Shown here in pieces: positions 52,726 to 60,523 of a stretch of 64,000 nt of DNA; within the stretch, counting starts at the first letter, position 1, and each line of letters begins with the position of its first letter. A program made the translations under genes and the position numbers. The notes beneath the pieces were generated by a model. It did no database searches, had not been told where the DNA came from, and was given only the letters and a program-made list of their open reading frames with translations. The stretch is from a bacterium (GTDB lineage: Bacteria > SM23-31). The DNA is taken from contig CBDFMG010000005.1 of the NCBI GenBank assembly GCA_965249485.1, positions 32,001 to 96,000 of the forward strand, in the 5' to 3' direction.

Positions 52726-52945
52726 ACCGGCCTGCCTGTCAGCCATCATACTTTTGCTGTGTATAATGATACTGCCGGGTTTGGAAGGATTGTCAGGTCA
52801 CAAAAAAAATAATTGTGTGCTGCTTGCAGATCTATGCTGACTGAAATGCTTTTGCAGCTATGGGGCCAATGTCAAGTTTCAAAAAAAACTTGTCATTGCG
52901 CATCTTGTTTGTGCTGTGTTTTTCCATGATGTTCACTTTTTGTTT

Positions 52946-53031
52946 CTTTTCTCACACCAACCCACCGAGTCGGCCATGCATAGTTTTCACTAATTATGAT
53001 ATTGTTGGTTTGGAAAAGTTTGGCTCGGTCA
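52946..53031 (-). ncRNA. Pseudoknotted motif, family C (family B copies at 51401, 51958, 52435, 52719)
   Basis: UGA-CCGAG...CAAAC-CAAC...UAGU GAAA ACUA...CCG ACUCGG UGG GUUG-GUGUG. Confidence 0.7.
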
Positions 53032-53074
53032 CAAAAAAAAAAATTGGGGTTGTGGTTGGTGGTGTCATATGTAA

Positions 53075-53710
53075 TTAACACCGAGACGCTGCCCAGTCGT
53101 CGTCACCAAACTCACTTACACTACAGAATCTTGAAAGGATTTCTGCATGCTCATGCTCTATCAGCATCGAATTGAGTGACTTACCAGCAGGCAAACACCA
53201 CACTTTTGCAATCATTCTCCCATACGAATCCTTTTGTCCATCGTCTATGTCGTACACTGCTGTAGACCCTACAGGACACGAACTTCTCGTAAATGCCAGA
53301 GCCTCCTCATAACCATACTGGTCGCGTTCTGGTGTATTCACAAGTGCCAGTCTTATACGGATGCCATCTATATCGATGGTATCACCGTCAATTATTCTGG
53401 TAACCTTTCCGCTGGAAACTGCAGAGTAATCAACTATACCTGCAGATGAGGTTGATTCGCGATATTTTGCGTAGGCCTCAAGTGGGGATGATGACAGATT
53501 TGAGTTGTGGATTTTCTCAATCTTTTCTGTTGTGTTCTGAAATGTCTCTATGGACTTTTCACTGATCTTATCTGTCGTGGCATACAGTATGCTGTCTGCA
53601 TCAAGCAATGATGGAACAACATATGCATATGACAGTGATGCTGCCACAACGACAATCATTCCCAGTGCAGAGCCAACTAGAGCTCTTTTGAGAAATTGTT
53701 TGGGAGTCAT
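53075..53710 (-). CDS. Membrane-anchored thermonuclease (SNase family)
   Basis: N-terminal TM; IIDGDT, IRL..VNTPE, DSYGR. Confidence 0.92.
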   Translation of the reverse strand: MTPKQFLKRALVGSALGMIVVVAASLSYAYVVPSLLDADSILYATTDKISEKSIETFQNTTEKIEKIHNSNLSSSPLEAYAKYRESTSSAGIVDYSAVSSGKVTRIIDGDTIDIDGIRIRLALVNTPERDQYGYEEALAFTRSSCPVGSTAVYDIDDGQKDSYGRMIAKVWCLPAGKSLNSMLIEHEHAEILSRFCSVSEFGDDDWAASRC

Positions 53711-53741
53711 TATATTACCTCGTTTTGAGATGTTTTATTCT

Positions 53742-53789
53742 TCATGGAGTGCATTGCACTTTCGCCCTATTCAGGGCTCATCAGCATGA
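53742..53789 (-). ncRNA. Type I hammerhead ribozyme
   Basis: UCAUG-CUGAUGA-GCCCU gaau AGGGC-GAAA-GUGC aau GCAC-UC/CAUGA; full canonical core. Confidence 0.92.
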
Positions 53790-54071
53790 TTGGTTTGAGT
53801 AGTTGACTTGGTTGAATCAGTCACAGTTTGATGATGAGGGCTCAGATGTTTGATACCGTCAGAAAATGCATTGAAATACAAAACAATGCATTGCTCTCTG
53901 GCGATTCTCTTTTTGAAAGGCGGTGTGCTCATCATCGCCCTCATCTTTGGTTAATTGATTCAATTGAATCAGTAAAGGTCAGCAAAAGTTTCAATGTCAG
54001 AATCCTCATCAGGATGGTTCATGTGAAAAAACTGTAATTGGAAAATAAAAAAAATAAAAAAGGGTGGTGGG

Positions 54072-54257
54072 CTAGTCCACGATGCCTTCGTCTGGATGCA
54101 ACTCCACAAAGCGTTGTGTAGCCAGCCACATGAAAAATCCCAAACCGAGAAATCCGAGAACGGTTAAGGCGACCCCATCTAGAAGTCCGGCTATGTTCAG
54201 TATCGCAAATACGATAACTGCCGTCCCTACGGTCATGAGCACTATCATTGTTACCAT
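54072..54257 (-). CDS. Small two-TM membrane protein
   Basis: Hydrophobic 61 aa; AUG inside hammerhead stem I. Confidence 0.65.
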   Translation of the reverse strand: MVTMIVLMTVGTAVIVFAILNIAGLLDGVALTVLGFLGLGFFMWLATQRFVELHPDEGIVD

Positions 54258-54303
54258 AGAGCGCGATTGCGCTTTCACCCTAGTCAGGGCTCATCAGTAT
54301 GGT
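54253..54303 (-). ncRNA. Type I hammerhead ribozyme
   Basis: ACCAUA-CUGAUGA-GCCCU gacu AGGGU-GAAA-GCGC aauc GCGC-UC/UAUGGU. Confidence 0.92.
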
Positions 54304-54476
54304 TTGAGTAATTGATTGGTTAGTTGATTAGTTGATTTAGTTGAGTAATGTTTAGTTGATGTTTTTGATTAGTTGAATAATTGATTCAATTGAATCAGTC
54401 GCATAGTGAAAAAATTATTTTGATAGTTGGTGTTGTTTTGATATGGTGTTTTATTTTGAAAAAATTGATGTTTTCT

Positions 54477-54707
54477 GGTGACCTGTGAGGGGTCACCATC
54501 ATGGTGAAAAATGTTGATTTTGAAAATTGGTATTAAAAATAAGGTGTTTACTAGTGTCGCATGTTTTTTTGGTTTTTTTGTTCGTAATTTGAGTTGAACA
54601 ACTACAAATGTCTGAAAGGTATTAGCAAGATAAGGATTTTAGATACAGGAAAAAAGTGACCTGTGAGGGGTCACCACGTCATTTCTGGTGACCTGTGAGG
54701 GGTCACC
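54477..54707. repeat. Three copies of hairpin GGTGACC-TGTGAGG-GGTCACC
   Basis: At 54477, 54656 (lacks first G) and 54687. Confidence 0.9.
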
Positions 54708-54767
54708 GAAAAAATCACCTGCCAGAGCATGGCATGTTTTGGTTATTAGTTCTGAGTTATTTCTCTG

Positions 54768-55073
54768 ATGATGTGTGGACACGTGATAAACACTGAAAGG
54801 AAGAAAAGATACATCATGACCCCCTCATCAATTGATTCTGAGGATAGGAAATACATCAAATACAAGATAAAAAAATCAATCAAAAGCACAGTGGATGATC
54901 TGGTAATGATTCTAGAGAACAGTAATGACAAGGAACTGATCAGGTTCATCAACAGAGAGGTTTTGCGAGTGGTGGGAAATACAGTTGATGGTGATAGCTC
55001 TGATGATGCTGATGAAAAGTCAGAGACAGAAATCTATGAGGAACAGTTCTGGTCAGGTAAGATCAAATTATGA
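54768..55073 (+). CDS. Hypothetical protein
   Basis: 101 aa, divergent from the array, next to the hairpins. Confidence 0.5.
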   Translation: MMCGHVINTERKKRYIMTPSSIDSEDRKYIKYKIKKSIKSTVDDLVMILENSNDKELIRFINREVLRVVGNTVDGDSSDDADEKSETEIYEEQFWSGKIKL

Positions 55074-55139
55074 TACGATTCCAGAAATTTGCGCAGGAGA
55101 AATATACAAAATCGAGGACGTACCAAGATTCTGCTTTAC

Positions 55140-55647
55140 AGTATCAGGGCAAGAAAGCCCACACCGTTCAGGGTTGGGATGAATCGCCCAGAGACTTCAA
55201 GTATCAGAAAAATATTATGATGCCATCGAACAAATCAAAATTCGCCTCATCAGTCGGTGCAGTGACACTGGATGCTGTGAAAAAATACATTGAGAAACAG
55301 AAAAAATGATCCTGACATACGATATTAAACACAACAAAGATTTTTCTGCACAACTAATACAAGCCAAAAAGCAGGGAATAGAGGCTGCATATGTCGCACC
55401 GGCATACACACAAGCCAGGCTTGTAGCAGATGTGGGTCTCTGGACAACCGAAATGGAAAAAAGTTTCAATGTGTCTGCGGACACGCCGACCATGCAGATG
55501 TCAATGCGTCATTTAATATTGGAAAGCCAGTATCGTGTTGTTCTCCAGTGTTGCGAACACAAAACACGAGTCAGCTGTGCAAAGAAAGTGATTTGTGCAA
55601 GGGGGGCACTGATACCCCGCAACGCTTTAGCGAGTGGAGTATGTCAG
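55140..55647 (+). mobile_element. Internally deleted IS200/IS605 element (copy 2)
   Basis: Follows TTAC; near-identical to 1319..1865 with a frameshift and ~40-bp deletion near the right end. Confidence 0.85.
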
Positions 55648-55839
55648 CAGAACCTTTCTTTAGGTGGTGCAAGTCCATGATCACAGTTAGTGCAAACCAA
55701 TTGTTCCGTAGTTATGATTTTTCCATTCACCGGAACCGACTCAATTAAAAATTCATGCTTTGTATCTTCGTAGCAATACTTGCAGTATCCGTTCATGACG
55801 ATGACTTCAATATTTGTCATTGCATTAAATTAAGATTTG

Positions 55840-56775
55840 TCAGGGACTGGTTTTTTCAGCACCTGTCTTGACCTCTTTTGGTTCCTCGACTGCACTGGGT
55901 TTGGCCTTTTGTTCTACATCATTTCCCCCTGTACTGCCACTGGCTGCAATCTTTTCAAGTCCTCTTGCATTTGAAAATACAGGATCCTCTGGAACCGTAA
56001 GCTCCCTGCCGAGTATCTTTTCAAGTGCCTCCTTCATGTGTGGCATCTGCGAACCACCACCTGCAAGAATTATCTCACCTGTAACATTCATCCTGACAAC
56101 CTCATCTGCAATGTGCTCTGCAAGCATCCTTACCAACCTCTCAGTCATTTTGATGTCTGTCTGAAACAGTTCCTTGTAGTTAACATAGGAATCACGCCTT
56201 GATTTTTTTGCAAGCTGGGATATGACAAACTCTGATGCCTTTGGAATCGAGATTCCGTCTATTCCGCCATAATCAATATGGATTATCTCAGTTGTGCCGT
56301 GGCCTATGTTGATGACTGTGCCGAACTTTTTGTCACAGCTTAGCATCGTTCCAAACGCTTGCGGAATTACCACGCACCTTGCAGGCCTTATCTTTGAGTT
56401 GACTATCTTTTGAATTTTACTGCGACTTTCGCGTGCATCAAATGTAACTCCAACGGCAATTGACACATCAGAGTACTCTTTTATGCCGACCTTTGCCAGG
56501 GCCTCTTTTGCAAGCATTGCAAAGCCGCGATCATTGTATGGGACTCCGTACTTTACAGGCCTAATCAATATGCCGTCGCGACTCCTTCCAATCTCGGATG
56601 CATTTTCTCCGACCTCTTCGAGCATTATCTTTTTTTCAGAGCCGGCATTCTCGATTCCCTTCTGATTGGAGTACTTGCATGCGTAAAGCGAAGGGAACAT
56701 GGCAGTCCTGCCAAGCGCAGAGACCTTTGTAAATCCTGTTCCTACATCAAGCCCTACTGCCTTCATAACCTGCAA
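55840..56775 (-). CDS. ParM/StbA-like actin ATPase
   Basis: GLDVGTGFTK, PQA, NIGHGTTE, AGGGS, NARG. Confidence 0.88.
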   Translation of the reverse strand: MQVMKAVGLDVGTGFTKVSALGRTAMFPSLYACKYSNQKGIENAGSEKKIMLEEVGENASEIGRSRDGILIRPVKYGVPYNDRGFAMLAKEALAKVGIKEYSDVSIAVGVTFDARESRSKIQKIVNSKIRPARCVVIPQAFGTMLSCDKKFGTVINIGHGTTEIIHIDYGGIDGISIPKASEFVISQLAKKSRRDSYVNYKELFQTDIKMTERLVRMLAEHIADEVVRMNVTGEIILAGGGSQMPHMKEALEKILGRELTVPEDPVFSNARGLEKIAASGSTGGNDVEQKAKPSAVEEPKEVKTGAEKTSP

Positions 56776-56990
56776 TTAATAATAGATATTTAAGCCAAAG
56801 GGGGTTGGACTACACTGTTGAATCTTAGCGGGTGTGAGAAAAAATCAAGCGACAAAGATACTGTCAATTTAAAAAATCCTCAAAGTTAGATTTGGATGGT
56901 TGGATCATGAAGATTGGTTAGGTCAAAAAGCAGAACCGGAACAACAAGCAATCTATCTACAAGTGTTGAAAAATACAAATTAATAGAAAT

Positions 56991-57806
56991 TCAATGATTT
57001 ACTGTTTTAATTCGGTCTATTGCAATGTCCAGATAATCTGTGTTTATATCGCAACCTACAACCTGTCTATCATTCATAGTTCCAGATACTGCTACACTGC
57101 CAGAACCAATGAATGGATCAAATATCAAATCATCAGTATTGCTACAAGATTTTACTATTCTATCTAAAATAGCTAAAGGGAACTGTGCTGGATGATTCAC
57201 ACGTTCTTTTGAAGATCTATTTTTTCCAGATGTTACTTTAGGTATTTCCCAAACATTAGTAGGGTTCTTCCCTAATGGATTGCATTTTAGCTTCCCATTC
57301 TTCTTTTGGTTTGGATATTTCACATTAGGATCTCTTACTAAATCTAAATTGAATGTGTATCTGTTTGGATTTTTAACATACCAGAGATATTTTTCATTTC
57401 TTGGAGAAAAATATTTTTTTGTAGATACTCCAGCTTTGTAATACCATACTATTTCCTGCATGAAATAAAAAGCAGTCTTATCCCACAATAAATAAGATAT
57501 TGGCACTGCTTTGCCAATATTTTGTAATTCAAAATATCCAAGATTAAGCCAAAATGCTCCTTCATTACTGGTGATATCAAAAATTTGATTTAACCATTTT
57601 TGACACCATTGCAAATAATAATCATGTTTCTGAATCTCTTCATATTCCTTACCAATATTATAAGGTGGAGAAGTTATTGTCAAATCCATTATTGATGAAT
57701 TAATTTTATCCATAAATTCTACACAATCAATATTATACAATAACACTTTATCCTCAGAATAATATGGCTTGCCAACTTCTTGCTCTACAGTATCTAGTTT
57801 TGTCAT
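56991..57806 (-). CDS. Beta-class N4C/N6A DNA methyltransferase (BglII-like)
   Basis: TSPPYN, HPAQFP, DPFIGSG; start MTKLD. Confidence 0.92.
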   Translation of the reverse strand: MTKLDTVEQEVGKPYYSEDKVLLYNIDCVEFMDKINSSIMDLTITSPPYNIGKEYEEIQKHDYYLQWCQKWLNQIFDITSNEGAFWLNLGYFELQNIGKAVPISYLLWDKTAFYFMQEIVWYYKAGVSTKKYFSPRNEKYLWYVKNPNRYTFNLDLVRDPNVKYPNQKKNGKLKCNPLGKNPTNVWEIPKVTSGKNRSSKERVNHPAQFPLAILDRIVKSCSNTDDLIFDPFIGSGSVAVSGTMNDRQVVGCDINTDYLDIAIDRIKTVNH

Positions 57807-57828
57807 GTGTCTTTGATTAGCCACCACA

Positions 57829-58563
57829 CTAACCAAATCCAAGATGAATCGAGATTTCAGGAATTTTGAGATCCTCGTAAAACATTCCTGCAAGATGGGA
57901 CTGGTTAATGTCTGTGAAAAACAGGATCGCCAGAACCGCCACCGCTGCAATACAGTATAGCGTGACAAGTGGCAGTGCAGTTGTTACCTCCATTCCAGAG
58001 TCCTTCTTCTTTAGGAAATATCTGCCTCCGTCATCATCATATATGACGTCGTCTTTGACCTTCCCTATCTTTGCCATCATAATCTTTATTGCAAACTTTT
58101 CACCCCTGCGCTTGATATGAGACATCATAAAGTTTGCAGCATACGGCCTTTTGTGAAGTGCGTCGGCAATGTTCTTGTACAGTGACTCAGATATTGCAAA
58201 TGCCAGCCCGAGCAGGTATCCTAACGTTATGATGACTGTTCCAACAGGAATTCCAGACACTGATGGAAGCATCATTGCAATTGTAAATATCATTACAGCA
58301 TCTGGCAGTCCTATCTTTTTTAGAACCTGTGCCATAAACAGCACCAATCCTCCAAGCATCAGCGACAGAATCATGCCATATGTTACAACCGTTGACCACG
58401 ACTCAAATCTGCCTGTCAGAATGTCATGCGCAAAAAAACACCCGCCAATCGTCACTGCAACGCACATTGTGTCCTGTGTCACCATTCTCTCTCTCAGGTC
58501 CGCTATTGCCATTGGGGCAAGTGCAGCAAGAAGCACTGCTACTCGGAGGTACGTCTCTTCCAC
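57829..58563 (-). CDS. A24 prepilin peptidase-like membrane protein
   Basis: IADLRER and GLPD aspartates in a multi-TM protein. Confidence 0.7.
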   Translation of the reverse strand: MEETYLRVAVLLAALAPMAIADLRERMVTQDTMCVAVTIGGCFFAHDILTGRFESWSTVVTYGMILSLMLGGLVLFMAQVLKKIGLPDAVMIFTIAMMLPSVSGIPVGTVIITLGYLLGLAFAISESLYKNIADALHKRPYAANFMMSHIKRRGEKFAIKIMMAKIGKVKDDVIYDDDGGRYFLKKKDSGMEVTTALPLVTLYCIAAVAVLAILFFTDINQSHLAGMFYEDLKIPEISIHLGFG

Positions 58564-58617
58564 AAGATGTGATTTGAAAACCTGATTTAAGGAGAAATTT
58601 CCAGTGAAAGCAGAACT

Positions 58618-59718
58618 TCACTTTTTTCCGTCTAGTATGACACGCATCTCTCTGATCTTTTTCTTTGGAATGTTTCTCTTTGAGATGATTACAGTGTGTC
58701 CTTCATCTGTGCCGCCTATCCTGGTATAATGAAGCTGTGGGTGCAAGTCAAATGCAAGATACTTTACAATCTCTTCTGTGAATGCGTATACCGGCTCCCC
58801 GTGATCACCTGTCAAAACATTCACATTATTGTCATTTGGCTTTGTCTCACGCATTGTGGCGTTTTTCAGATTGATTATATAACTTCTATTACACTTGCAA
58901 TGATGCGTGATAACATCCGGTTTCGGAAACACATGCTCTCCCATATCTGACTTGCCTGCACGGGTGATAACCTCGACATCATCGGCACCGCCGTCTGACT
59001 TTTCTGTTTCTAGCACATGCTGTTGTATCTCACGCGTGGCCATTGCCTGCTGACTTGACGTTTTAGGCTTGAACTGTCTGAGTATCTGTTTTGTCGCCAC
59101 TATGTCAGGCGGATGTATGTTTTTTCCAATCTTTGCGTAATTTATGATTGCCCTCAGTGCAGATTCCTGGGATGGTTCCCTTATCTCTGATATCGGCGCA
59201 AGGATATGATGCATTGTTGGTATCACGTCGAGTTTCTCTCCAAGTTCTGTCATAAACTCGATGAACTTTCTGCGTGTTTCTTCTGTAAATAACAGCTTGT
59301 CAAAGTTTCTGTATTCTTTTGATATGATGCTAAGGTTTGCATTTTTTGACTTCTTCAGTCTGCTTACAATCTCAACCATGCGTATCGGATTTATTGGACA
59401 CTGCTCGGTATACATGATGTGGTATTCAAGGACATCGTGCATGCTGTCTGCCTTTATGACGTTACACCTTACTGTCCTTGAGGCACATTGCTTGTGTGCC
59501 TCCAATGTATCAAGGTTTCCGACGGGATGATATTTGCCGTTGCACTTGGCAACGAACACCCTTTCTACTACCATGTTCTTTTGTATCCGTTTGATTATCT
59601 TCTGGACTACAGATTGCACCGTTACGGTGACATCAAATGGCGGCTTTTCAATGCTGGATATCTTTAGGTCGATCTGTTCTTCTTCTATTTGACATGTGAT
59701 CAATTTTTCAATCCCCAT
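58618..59718 (-). CDS. Hypothetical protein, possible degenerate ParB-like N-terminus
   Basis: 366 aa; V.....GKY..V.G...L.A.K pattern. Confidence 0.6.
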   Translation of the reverse strand: MGIEKLITCQIEEEQIDLKISSIEKPPFDVTVTVQSVVQKIIKRIQKNMVVERVFVAKCNGKYHPVGNLDTLEAHKQCASRTVRCNVIKADSMHDVLEYHIMYTEQCPINPIRMVEIVSRLKKSKNANLSIISKEYRNFDKLLFTEETRRKFIEFMTELGEKLDVIPTMHHILAPISEIREPSQESALRAIINYAKIGKNIHPPDIVATKQILRQFKPKTSSQQAMATREIQQHVLETEKSDGGADDVEVITRAGKSDMGEHVFPKPDVITHHCKCNRSYIINLKNATMRETKPNDNNVNVLTGDHGEPVYAFTEEIVKYLAFDLHPQLHYTRIGGTDEGHTVIISKRNIPKKKIREMRVILDGKK

Positions 59719-60431
59719 GCCATTGCAATTGCCCTTCTTGCGCGAGTGTTGTAGTTTCCCTCAGTGTATATGTCGTTGTACATCTTCCATGCCATCTTTT
59801 CCAGTTCTGTATAGTGAGGCCTATTTTGTAGCCTGTCCTTGATCATTTTTTTGAGGTTCAGCCTAAAGTAATAGTTCTTGTCACCTTTTACTGCGCCGTC
59901 TGGGGCACAATCCATGTAATTGTACATTATGCTGATAAGGTTTTGTAATCCCTTTCTGTGGAAATTGGTGACTATTGCCTGCTCTATCTCCTTGTCCGTG
60001 ATTGGTATTCCATGGATCTTACATGATTGGTATATTGCCCAGTATGCCGTTTCGCCGATCTTTCTTGAAGATTTTTTGGGCGCGGTTTTTTTGAACAGAT
60101 TCCATGCATAGATTTGTGCAACGTCTGACATGTTTAGCTTGTTGCACGTGTTTGAAAATTTTGATAGCAGCTGCATGCATTTTTTGGTTTTGTCATCATT
60201 GGTAGAACCGTGAAAATAATGTCGCAAAAGGTTTGTCTCGTTTGTGTTTGGCAGGTCTTCTTTTGATCCTATCGTCAAGATCTCATACAGGTTTGCCTTT
60301 GAGTTTTTTCCAACATGGTTTTGCAGGAACTCAACCTTGTCTGTAATCACACCGCACTTTGAGCAAATGGTGTCATTTTCGACCTTTACTATTTTTTTAT
60401 GATCGCAGGCTATCAATGGTACGTTCTTCAC
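59700..60431 (-). CDS. Second TFB-like protein
   Basis: CDH...ICSKCGV zinc ribbon; CNKL.M...AIY.SCK..GIP...EI cyclin fold. Confidence 0.7.
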   Translation of the reverse strand: MKNVPLIACDHKKIVKVENDTICSKCGVITDKVEFLQNHVGKNSKANLYEILTIGSKEDLPNTNETNLLRHYFHGSTNDDKTKKCMQLLSKFSNTCNKLNMSDVAQIYAWNLFKKTAPKKSSRKIGETAYWAIYQSCKIHGIPITDKEIEQAIVTNFHRKGLQNLISIMYNYMDCAPDGAVKGDKNYYFRLNLKKMIKDRLQNRPHYTELEKMAWKMYNDIYTEGNYNTRARRAIAMAWGLKN

Positions 60432-60523
60432 AAAGAATATTTTCTATGATTGCTATTTTAACAGTAAAACTGACTAATTCTAACGTTGCAATAGAATTAA
60501 TTTTGACCTGTCAGGTGGCAATC

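Noticed and set aside
53900..54016. Two further hammerhead-like fragments
   Set aside because: One lacks C3 and GAAA; the other has no convincing stem II or III. Possibly decayed copies.
1319..55647. Two IS relics as ends of a 54-kb composite transposon
   Set aside because: Element-type genes continue on both sides and each copy has its own TTAC target.
55665..55677. TGGTGCAAGTCCA as twister-sister or tRNA T-arm
   Set aside because: Only one hairpin matches; the rest of either fold is absent.
57807..57968. N-terminal extension of the methyltransferase in the ORF track
   Set aside because: Overlaps the peptidase gene; MTKLD at 57806 is the more plausible start.
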